DNA of 64,000 nucleotides from Octopus sinensis (taxonomy: Eukaryota): positions 109,802,001 through 109,866,000 of the forward strand of contig NC_043000.1 in assembly GCF_006345805.1 (NCBI RefSeq), in the 5' to 3' direction. The notes under the pieces are model-generated. The model searched no databases and had not been told where the DNA came from. It saw only the letters and a list, made by a program, of their open reading frames with translations. A program made the translations under genes and the position numbers. This document shows positions 1 to 12,090 of this stretch, one piece after another; the stretch's first letter is position 1; each line of letters begins with the position of its first letter.

Positions 1-362
1 TATGCGTATGTATGTGTGTATATATATGTGTGTGTATGTGTATGTATATATGTATATATATATATGTATGTGTATGTTTATATATGTATGTACACACATG
101 TGTGTGTGTGTGTGTTTGTCTAATTGATATTCCACTGTAATTCTACTTTTAGACCCAAGTTCATACGTAATCTTGGATGATTTTGAATTTTCATTTTTGA
201 AAATATAAAGAAAAAAATTCTGTTTGAATTGGACATTGTATAATTGAATTAAAATTAATCTAGATAAATATTTTCTTTTTCTTTTTTTCCCCTAAATATT
301 TATTCCTTTGTTTGTTTATTGTAGACTTTGATGATTTCTAAATTGTGAATTGAAAAAAAAAC

Positions 363-528
363 ATGGAAGGAAGTGTGTTGCCCAGTTCGCTGCTGCTCAA
401 GTCCCATGAAGCCGGAAGTGACGTGGTCGATATGGACCCTTATTGGAAAGAGTTCCACGATATACGACAAAGCAAGGAATCAATTGGTACAGAAGACAGT
501 GAAGATGACTTATCCAAGACACCTGATG
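363..528 (+). CDS. ARHGAP18: RhoGAP coding exon 1 (MEGSVLPS...LSKTPD)
   Basis: Acceptor ttattgtag ends at 324; in-frame stops precede ATG 363; DMDPYWKEF and SKTPD motifs; donor G|gtaaat, phase 1. Confidence 0.88.
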
Positions 529-3500
529 GTAAATTTGCTTCCTCCTCAAATATAATTCTTTACATTTTGACTTTTATTCGATGTTTGCTAACCACATTTT
601 ATTGTAGACAACATCGGATAGAACACCTCACAGTATTTCTGTTTCCCTAAAACCAAAATGTCACATAGAAAGCATTGGTGATGGTACCACATAAAAAAAA
701 ACACCCAATACATTCTGTAAAGTGGTTGGTGTTAGGAAGGGCATCCATCTGTAGAAACCAAACCGAAACAGACTGTGGAACCTGGTGCAGCCCCTAGCCT
801 TGCCAATTCCTGTCAAACTGTCCAACTCATGCCATTAGGGAAAGTGGAGATTAAATGCTGATGATGATGATGATGATGATGATGTCTCCAGCTCTCTACA
901 TTTTGTGTTCAAATTCTGCTCAGGTCAACTTTAATCTTTTTATCCTTTCAGAGCTAAAAAAAACAAAGATGTCAGAGATGGTAGATTGCTTTTACCTTTT
1001 ACTTGTTTCACTCATTGGACAGCAGCCATGCTGGAGCACTGCTTTGATGAGTTTGGTCAGTTTGTTTGATTAACCCAATACTTTTAAATCTGTCAGTCCC
1101 TTTTGCTGACCCACTATGTTACAGAGATATAAACAAACCAACACCAGTTGTTAAGCAAGGAGGGGACACACACAAAGGCATACATACATATACACACACA
1201 AGATGGGCTTCCACACAGTTTCCTTCTACTAAATTCACTTACAAGGCATTGGTCAGCCCAGGGCTATTGGAGAAGACACTTGCTTAATTTTCCATATAGT
1301 GGGACTGAATCCTAAACCAATTGATTGCAAAGTGAGTGTCTTAACCATACAGCCTTACCTGGAATTGGAACTTGTGTTATTTGCTTCAATTCTTTGTGTT
1401 TTGAGTTCAAATCCACCATTGGCTACTTGAATGATAAACTTAATCTGTCCATTGGTGAACGCCACCATTTGGCACCTCGGCTGCATTTAGTGGTGTCCAG
1501 TCTTTTGCAAGTATTTGAGTTTGGTTTCTGATATTTGAAGAAGGATCTGGTTTGATTTACCAAAACTTAGCATAGCATGAACTCTACTGAAAATATAAAC
1601 AGAGGTATCTGAAAACTTAGAAGGGTTTTACTTGTCTATATTTAAACATCTTCCATACAAATGAAAAAATATAATATTTTCTAAAAATATGTGATTTATA
1701 TTTGAATTTCAGAAGGAGAAATAGAAGCAGAACAGTTAACCAAAATTGGACTTGGACCCATGATATCTCACTTTACTGGTAACTACAGAGCAGTTTATTT
1801 ACTCTTTTAATTCCATATTTCAATTCTTTCCAAATCCTACCAGCTTGTTTGTTTAACATCTGTTTCTCCATGTTAGCATGGGTTAGAAGAACACATTATG
1901 GTAATATTCTTTTCTACAGACACATGTTTGTCCTGTTGCTAACCCTTACCTGTTTTTAAAGTAACCAATATCTCATTTGAAAAGTCTTAACCAATATCTC
2001 ATTTGAAATGTCTTTGGAAGCACAGAACAAAAGGAGGATTTCTTTTGACAGCGAATGTTACATCCACATGCACACACACACATACACACACTTTCCATCT
2101 ACCAATTTTACTCACAAAGCATTGGTCAACCCAAGAATTCAGAAGACACTTAGTGAAGGTGCCAAGCACTGATATTGAACTCAAGACAGTGTGGTAACAA
2201 AGTGAACTTCGTTACATGACAATCACTGCACTGTGTACTTTGCAAGGCTCTTAATGCTGCTTAATTAAGTAACGTAAAAAGTCGGTTCAACTCCCAGTTT
2301 TACCTTTAAGTCATAAAACAACAAAATTGCAGCAAAATGTCCCTGTAGAAGTGGCATCTGTGTAGGGGCACGAAGGGGCATATACCAGCTCCCACACTTC
2401 ATCTCATGGTCACATACAGGTGAATGCTCAGAGCAAGCCCGTTTTACACCCCTTTACTAGGGGAGGGGGCAGCACCTCTCTCTCTCTCTCTCTCCACACA
2501 CACCTTCTGAGCCAAGGTAGGAGCCTCCACACAGTCATTAAACTTGCTAGAAATAAGTCAAACCACACTAGAATTTTATGTGAATGTGTTGTAAAAAGAC
2601 ATTGGATAATATAGTCCTAGATAGACTGTATAAAAATAAGAAGCAAGATAATCTTTTGATCATTGGTTTGCTTGATCACATATGAATGACCTAGGGCTAA
2701 ACAAGAATTCTAAAACATTTCATTTTTTATTTATGTATTATTTATTTATTTTTCTATTTTCGTATTTTTCTTAGCCACTACTTCATATTTTTTATATTTT
2801 TTGGTATTTCTTATATTTTTCGTAGCCACTACTTCATATTTTTGGGGGGTTTTTTTGTATTTTTCTTAGCCACTACTTTATATTTTTTTGTATTTTTCTT
2901 CTTCTTACAGCATTCACCCGGGGTGGGTTGAGCTGGCTTCATTCATATTTTTTATATTTTTTGGTATTTTTTATATTTTTCGTAGCCACTACTTCATATT
3001 TTTGGGGGGTTTTTTTGTATTTTTCTTAGCCACTACTTCACATTTTTTTGTATTTTTCTTAGCCACTACTTCACATTTTTTTGTATTTTTCTTAGCCACT
3101 ACAAGTTCAGAATCGGTTGATTTAAAACATGATGAAGAAGCTGAACTCATGCTTTCCTCCCTTACCATACAACAGAGAGACACTGTCCAGCGATGGGTTG
3201 ACACACTGAGCAGAAAAAAAGCTGCAAAAACACATGTAAAATACATTTTCCCTAATAATGATGTAAGTATTGTTTGTTCAAGGAGATTCTGTACGTATCA
3301 TCATCATCATCATTGTTAAATGTCCACTTTTCCATGATTGTATTGATTGGACAGTATTTGTTGAAGCAGATTTTCTTTGATTGGGTGACCTTTCTTTCAC
3401 CAACCTTGACCCACTTCCAACCAAGTGTTATAATGTGGATCCCTGTCCGTTTCTATGTTGTCGTCAGCACTGTAATATTCTTATTTCATTATTTCCCACA

Positions 3501-4718
3501 AGGGGCTAAACATAGAGGGGACACACAAGGACAGACAAAGGGATTAAGTCGATTACATTGACCCCAGTATGTAACTGGTACTTAATTTATCGACCCCGAA
3601 AGGATGAAAGGCAAAGTAGACCTCGGTGGAATTTGAACTCAGAATGTAAAGACAGTCGAAATACGCATTTTGCCTGGTGTGCTAACATTTCTGCCAGCTC
3701 AGCGCTTTGTAATATTCTTGTCACCACTATTATGTTGTGGCATTATTATGAGCCTTATTATCTTTGACTTGTCTATTGTTCTATTGCTGCTGGCTCTGTA
3801 CACTTTGAAACGTCTACCTCGACTCTAACTCGAACTCGTATATATCTCGTAGCTGACACTGACTCCAACCGAGAACTTGCACAATGACTCTGCTGCTTCT
3901 GACCTTCTACAACAACTGACTGTCTGACTTTATAGTGGCTGGTTCATACCACTTTGTCACGCAGGACGGGGGTGTACCATTTTCACTACAACACCAAGGT
4001 AATGATATTTCCCCATGGACAGACATAGTTTTGACATGAGGTTGCAGACAAACATCATGTATACAATGGGGATTCTCATTGACAGCCCTCATGCGATGTC
4101 TAGACAAGGGTACTCACAAACATACACGCATTTGGTGACCTGAAGGGACACCTGACCATGGAAAATCTGTCCCAACAAATTCTGTCTTACCCTTTCAAGC
4201 ATAGAAAAATCAATGTTAAATGATGATGATGATGATGATAATGATTATTACAAGTATAAATACTACTGTGCACATTAGTACTACCACCAGCACCACCACT
4301 ACCACTCAAACCAACTCTTATACTATGATCTCACCTCTAATATCATCACAACTATTATAGTACTTATACCGTCCAACCCATACTAGCATGGAAAATGGAC
4401 ATTAAATGATGAGGATGATGGTGATGATGATCCACAGCTACTGTAACCGAGTATTATCTTAAATACTACCTCCACCACTGTCACCACCATCTCCACTACC
4501 ACTGTCACCACCATCTCCACTACCACTGTCACCACCATCTCCACCACCACCACCACTAACAATAATAATTCACATTGTCAACCTGCATCAAAGTACCATT
4601 CTATATTCTTCAAGAAACCTAAAAAAGATTTTTAAGATTTGAAGAGACTTGTCACCAAACATCAAAATGAAAATACTTGCTAACTAAATTAGCATGCCCT
4701 AGTGTAATAATAATAATG

Positions 4719-4751
<33 letters not shown>

Positions 4752-5471
4752 TCACTTTCACTGTCTTAATCTAACTTTTATTTCAGATGCCCCCAAATCA
4801 ATCTCCCCCAAGTAGTCCTACTGACCAACCTGGAGGTCTTCATGGTTTTGCTTCGGGGAATCGCAACAATAATTCAGTCCTAGATTCATCGAAGCAGCGT
4901 CCTGACAACCGACATCGTTATTTCCACAGGAAATGCGTTTATTCCATGGATGGAAACCCAGATGATTTCGAAATTGCAAATGGTGCAGGTTGGTATTAGA
5001 CAATTCCTTTTGAATAAAATAGAAAGACAATAAATGTGCATTTAACCCTTTTCACACTGAAAGTTCCTGTTGGTGAGGCTGCATTAAGAATGTCAGACAT
5101 ATTTTTATATCAAATTTAACAAGAATTAAGGGACTTTTCATTTAAAAATTTGTGAAAAAAGTTAATTCATTGATATTTAATGCAACAAAAATTGATAAAC
5201 CGTTCCATGCTTTGCTTGGTATTTATTATTTTATCATTATTGTATATGTTCATATCTCATTTACTCATTTACTTGTTTCAGTCATTTGACTGCGGTCATG
5301 CTGGAGCACCGCCTTTTAGTCGAGCAAATCGACCCCAGGACTTATTCTTTGTAAGCCCAGTACTTATTCTATCGGTCTCTTTTGCCGAACTGCTAAGTGA
5401 CGGGGACGTAAACACACCAGCACCAGTTGTCAAGCAATGCTAGGGGGACAAACACAGACACACAAACATAT

Positions 5472-5504
<33 letters not shown>

Positions 5505-5829
5505 CATATATACGACAGGCTTCTTTCAGTTTCCGTCTACCAAATCCACTCACAAGGCTTTGGTCGGCCCGAGGCTATAGCAGAAGACACTTGCCCAAGA
5601 TGCCACGCAGTGGGACTGAACCCGGAACCATGTGGCTGGTAAGCAAGCTACTTACCACACAGCCACTCCTGTGCCTATATATATATTATTTGCATTCAGG
5701 TTTTCAGTTCCACTGTGTGGCATCTTGTACAAATCTCTTCCACTATAGCCCTGGGCCAGCCAAAGCCTTGTGGGTGAATTTGATTGATAGAAACTGTGTG
5801 GAAGCCTAGTTTCCACACAGGGCTTGTGA

Positions 5830-5864
<35 letters not shown>

Positions 5865-8800
5865 CATGAATATGTGATTCATTGCTGTGTAGTTCTTACA
5901 GAAACTTGCTGGTCATCTTGGGTGTTTTGATACTCTGGTGACTATGACCATTGTAAGTAGCTTGTAGAGATAAAACGAAGTCCATGCTAGGAATATGATT
6001 GAAAGAGCATATCCAAGATGAAGAGATTTGAGAATGAAGTGGAGTGAACAACATGATGAGAGAATACTGAAAGCACCAATTCTGCTGGTTGGCCATGTCA
6101 CTAGGTTCTCAGGCAACAAATGGAACCATGCAGTTGTCAGGCTGTCTCTAAGAGATTGGAAAATGCCATTCAGAAGGCTTCTATGATGATGGGAAGTGAA
6201 ACAATTTGAGCCAAGATGGAAAAGAATGGTACAGTCAAGAAAGAATGGGAAGCAAATTGTAATCAATGATGTAGAACACCTGATGACCTTGTCAATTCAA
6301 GTGATGTGTGTGTGTTTATGATTGTTCCTCACCACCACTTACAAGACAACCAGTGTTGGTTTTTTACATCCCCTTAACTTAGCTGTTTGGCAAATGAGAC
6401 TGATATAATAAATACCAAACTTTAAAAATATGTATACATTTCTATGCTAAGGTAGATTTCTCTGACTAAACCCTTCAAGGCTGTCCCCAACATGAGGTGA
6501 ACAGTAGCAGATAGATTTTTTCATGACTGAATGTTAAAATATCTTAAGTGAAACAAAAGAAACATCAAAAGAAAATTGTTTTAAAAGAAATACAAAAGAA
6601 ATAATGAAATAAGGTTGCTTCAAATATAATCTGATTATCTTTTATCTTTCACTTGGTTCTGTCATTAGATGGTGGCTATGCAAGAGCATCAGCTCAAAGG
6701 GTTTTAACTGGATGCTGGTGGCACGTAAAAAGCACCATTCGAGCATGGCCGATGCCACCATCTACTCACAAGGCATTGGTCAACCCAGGGTTGTAATAGA
6801 AAGCACTTGCGCACGGTGCTGCACAGTGGGTTTGAACCCCAAACCATTTGATTGCAAAGCTAGCTTCTTAACCACACAGCTACTGCAGTTTGTTTTTTGG
6901 GGTTTTTTTCCTTTATTATATTACTATTTTTTTTTCTTTTTCCATCTGTTCAGCTACAGGAATTGAGATGTTGAGCATCAATCCAAAACAAACGTGGAAT
7001 AAATGGGCAGGGAATCACGTCATTGGTAAAGTCAATTCTCTGGCCTTTATTCCAGAGCATGATAACACTTGGTTTATGGAAGACAAGTCTTCAACACAAG
7101 CTTTGGTTGGTTGCTTTTTTATTTTATTTGCTTGCTTCATTGCTTGTTTGTTTTTCTATTCTTCCAGTTTGGTCAGAAATCTCGTTAAATGTTTTGTTTG
7201 TGCCTCTTAAGCATAACTTTGGACAATAGGTGCAGGCAAGCTTGCTTCACTACCACACGGTTCTGGGTTCAGTCCCATTGTGTGGCACCTTGGACAAGTG
7301 TCTACTCCTGCTCATTGTGTGTGTGTGTGTGAGTTGGTGTCCCCCCCCCCCCACTGTCTTGAAATTGTGTGGTTGTTGTAAAAGAGTGTCACTGTCAGAC
7401 AGCAGTGTCCATTGTGTCCAATATTCTGCAGAAAACATGTCTGGCTTTGGGGAAATACTCCCTTAATTAGAAACAGATGAGATTTCTTGATCCAATATTC
7501 TACAGCTAGATGGCTTCTGTTGATGCCAACCATTACTTACTTTCAAATGAGGTGCTTTATTCCACTTCTTTTCACACATCAAACCATCAAGCCACTGGAC
7601 ATTGTGTTTATAGAGGACTTAAACAGTATCATTGCTGTCCATTCCAGTTCAAAGACACCATCCATCCATTCATCTTTTCCACTCCCTATTCTTGGGGTGG
7701 TCATGGGAGTAGAGTCCTCAGGCACCTCTTCCAATGTGGTCCTATTAGAACCAACTGCCTGACAGGACTCTGTGGATTCCCAAATGGGATCAACTGAGAC
7801 TATGGATGTTATCCAGCCATCACATTCTTGGTCTACTCTTAGGTCTCCCACCATTGCCTCGGTTTGAAGAATCTGTCTTGTGATTCTTTCCTGTCACATC
7901 CTAATCACATATCCAAAGAACAGGAGTTGTGATGCTTCAGTGCCGAGAAGTGGCAGCTCAACCTTCTAAAGAGACCCCTTGATCTCTGAACTATGCACTC
8001 TGTTGAGTAATGTTTCTCCACAGATCCTTCAAAGAAACCCCATTTTGGTCGCTTGTATTTGGAATTATACTCTTTCAGTCATTGCTCGACATCCATGACC
8101 GTAGGTGAAGATAAACATGGAAACTGAATTGATAAAACAAGTTTGAGTTTTTTTACCAACCTCTCCTCTTTCGAGGATTAAATGCTAAACTAGGCACAGT
8201 CCTATGCCAACTCCTGAAATTCTAGCAGCCAATTCAGTCTGTTGCCTTCCATTACTCTTGAATACAATCCCAAGAGACTTAATCCTCTCCACTCGTTTCA
8301 ATGCTGTTCCACTTACATTCAGAATGCTAGAAAGGATGAAATCTTAGAGAAGTTGTTCTCTGGCAGACTCACATATGCCAGGTGGCTTGAGCCTATGGAA
8401 AGACACCAAAGCAATGGCAATCTTGGGTGATAATCCCAAGTCTTGAAAAGGGAGACAAGAAAGATTTCTATAATTATGGCAGAATCTGTTTGTTGACCCT
8501 CCCCAGTAAAGTCTATGCTAGGTGTCTGGAATGTAGAGATGTAGAGAAATTGTCCACCCACAGCTTGCTGAGAAACAGTGTGACTTACATCCTGGATGCA
8601 GCATAACCACTCAGATGTAAAGAGACAAAGTGGGACACACACACACACACACATATGTATGTAGCTGTGTCATCATCATTTCATCTGTTTTTCCATGCTG
8701 GCATGGGTTGGATGGTTTGACAAGACCTTGCAAACCATAGGGCTGCACCAAGATCCAAGCCTTCTGGACTGTTTCTGTCTATCAGATTTCACTGACAAGG

Positions 8801-11800
8801 CATTGGTCAACCTGTAGTTGAAGTAGGCGACATTTGACCAAATTGCCATACAGTGGTTGTGAAGTGAACTACTCAACCATACAACCATACCTGCACGTGT
8901 GTGTGTGTGCGTGTGCGTGCATGCATGCGTGTGTGTAAAATATCTCACATGTGCCTAATATTCCAATTACCATAGATTTCCAGCTTCAAACCCCCATTTC
9001 CCATCATCTCTCTTTCTCTCTTTTTGAGAAAACATGGCTTTCACATAAACTTGATTTTATTTTCCTCTGTTTTTATAGATTTCTGAATCTATACATGAGT
9101 AAATGTTGTTTTTTTTTTATCTAAAACTTTTCTTTATTTTCTCTGTTTCAGGATCCTGATTCGGAAGTCAAGTTAATTGTAAGTCCCCCAATGTCTGTCC
9201 ATCTTTGGTCTCAGTCTGCTGATTATTTTAACCTTTTTGTTACCAAATTTCTGATGAAATATTCTGTCTTTATTTCAATTTGTTTGGAAAATTATGAAAA
9301 ATTAATTAACCTAGTGTTTGAGATATAAGCTAACCTGAAATTTTAAAGGAAAACTTTGATTTTGATTGCTTTAAATAAAGTAGTTTGTAAGAGAACCAGA
9401 CAGAGTTTCAAGTGGATTGATATCAAAAGGGTTAAGGAATTCTATTCTTGCCATTAAATGCACAAAAAACATCACCATCACCATGTGTTTTTTTTTTTCC
9501 CCCGTGTGGTCCTGTGGTTAGGATTCATGGCTTCCACCCAGATGGCCTTGGTTCAATTCCCAGCATGGGAATGTTAATACCTTTGGCCACAGGCATGGCT
9601 GTAGTTGTTAAGAAGTTTGTTTTGCAACCACATGGTTTCTGGTTCAGTCCCAATGCACAGCACCTTGGCCAAGTGTCTTCAACCAGAACTCCAGGCTGAG
9701 CAAATACTTTGTGAATGAAATTGGCAGATGGAAATTGTGTGGAAGCCCATCATGTATGTGTAAACAAACACACACATAAAACTAGCATTTCTCCAAACTC
9801 TTTGAGTATCCTTGATTCTCTATAGGATCCTAAATGCAAAGATTTTTTCAAGCATTTATCTTGTGTGTGTGTGTGTGTGTAAAAAACTAACTGGCATCTT
9901 TATCAGTTACAACAGAGTGCCAGTTGATCCAATCAAAGGGAACAGCCTGCTCGTGAAATTAACCTGCAAGTGGCTGAGTACTCTACACACAGGCGTACCC
10001 TTAATGTAGTCTTAATGTGACAAGCCTGGCCCTTTGAAATACAGAATATAGTTACTACCCATTTTGCTCGCTGAGTGGACTGGAGCAATGTGAAATAAAG
10101 TGGCTTGCTCAAGGACACAATGTGCTGCCAGGAATTGAACTTGTGACCTTGTGATCATAAGCTGGATGCCCTAACCACTAAGCCATGCACTTACACACAC
10201 ACACACACACACAAGATCCCATGCAGTGCTGGTGACAGATCTGAACTCCACCCCCACTCCTCACCATCAACAGGTGATATACATAAAACTAAATATGTTA
10301 AAAATGTCCATTTATCAGCCTGACTCATGAGCAATAGTCATGGTTGGATACTTTTGGTCAGGGATCTTTTCAGTCAGAAACTGATCTGAGGTTTAAAACA
10401 TCAGCAACAATGCACTTTTTTTTCTGTCACACCCAACAAACTGACTAATGACTAATGACAAATTAATGAAAGACTGACTCCATCTGAAACTAGACTCTGA
10501 GGAACATCATCATCATCATCATTTAACGTCTGCTTTCTATGCTGGCATGGGTTTGAAAGTTTGACTGAGAACTGGTAAGCCAGGAGGCTGCGCCAGGCTC
10601 CAGTCTGTTCTGGCAAGGTTTCTACAGCTGGATGCCCTTCCTAATGCCAACCACTACGAGAGTGTCATGGGTGCTTTTTACCCAAGCTCAAATGGTGCTT
10701 TTTACAAGCCACTGGCATGGCTGCTAGTCAGGTGGCACTGGCATCAATCCACACTCGAATAGTGCTTATTACGTGCCACCAGCACGAGTGCCAGTCAGGC
10801 AGTATGATTTGTGATAGTATGATATGCCTCTGCTTTGACCCTGTGGCAGATATGTATGGCCATAATTGACCATAATCTGGCTCCCCTGTGACTCTGTTTT
10901 CTTCTTCTTCTTACAGCATTCACCCGGGGTGGGTTGAGCTGGCTTCATTTATCCTCAATGCTGCATCTCTCACAAACGCTGACCAGGCCTGGCGATTTGA
11001 GGCTAACAACCGCGTGATCTCCAACCACTCCTTATTCCAGCGGCGAATGCCGTAGATATGGGGGCCTAGGTTGGGTTCCAGATCAGCCTTGACCATCATC
11101 AGCTAGGTTTTTTGTTGTCCACCACGACGCTTTCGCCAACCCTGAAGGAGAGCTGGATCAATTGCTTCGTAGATGAATTCTCCTGGTTGACGACGGAGGG
11201 CATGACCCAGCCAATGCAGATGTCTCATTAGGATGACTTGTCGGAGGGAGGTGATTCTGCACTGGTGCCGCACCGAATTGTTGGAGACAAAGTGATGCCA
11301 TCACTTTGTGGCTCTGTGGATGCTGTGAATCTATTGACTGATCTTTTGATTGTGGAGAGGAGGTAAATATAGTTGGGGTTAGGCCCTTGCTTCCAGAAAC
11401 ATGCCAGGCACAGCAGAAATGGTTGAATTACTGCCTTTGCAATGCCATTGACCAACAATGAAAATGGCCATCCACATATATTATGTTTTCCCTCATTTGA
11501 AATTATTCATTTAAACAATCTGTACTCCTCATAAGATGATTACTCATGCACATGCACATGGGAATGCAAGAAAAGTCATAAATAATGGGCATTATACATT
11601 TATTTGTGCATTGTAGACTTACAGCTGTTTCTGGTATGCATTTTGGGTGCGTTCATGGTTCAGTTTATTCAATTGATCTATTGATCGACTGAAAATAGTG
11701 AACAACTGTTAAAAATTCTATTGTCTTCAGAGTCCAGCACATCAAGATAGGGAAAGAGGAAAGAAGAAAGAAAATAGAAGAAAAAATAGACTTTTCTACT

Positions 11801-12029
11801 CTAGGCACAAGGCCCAAAATTTTGGGGGAAGGGACCAGTCGATTAGATTGACTCCAGTATGCAACTGGTACTTAATTTATCGACCCCCAAAAGGATGAAA
11901 GGCAAAGGCAACCTCATCAGAATTTGAACTCAGAATGTAAAGACAGATGAAATATATCACTAAGCATTTCACCTAGCTTGCAAACATTTTTGCCAGCTTG
12001 CCACCTTAAGAAGGGAAAAATAGAAAACA

Positions 12030-12090
<61 letters not shown>

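Noticed and set aside
1962-2008. 21-bp direct repeat TAACCAATATCTCATTTGAAA (period 26)
   Set aside because: Simple local slippage duplication inside a decayed SINE
2888-3095. Hydrophobic N-terminal part of the 143-aa ORF, resembling a membrane protein
   Set aside because: T-rich tandem repeat plus LINE tip; only the 3' part is a true exon
2750-3100. CRISPR-like repeat-spacer appearance
   Set aside because: Low-complexity eukaryotic minisatellite with no unique spacers and no cas genes
7026-7031. Donor G|gtaaag as the end of RhoGAP exon 5
   Set aside because: The phase-1 end gives immediate stops with both acceptors at 9079 and 9152; the donor at 7105 restores the frame
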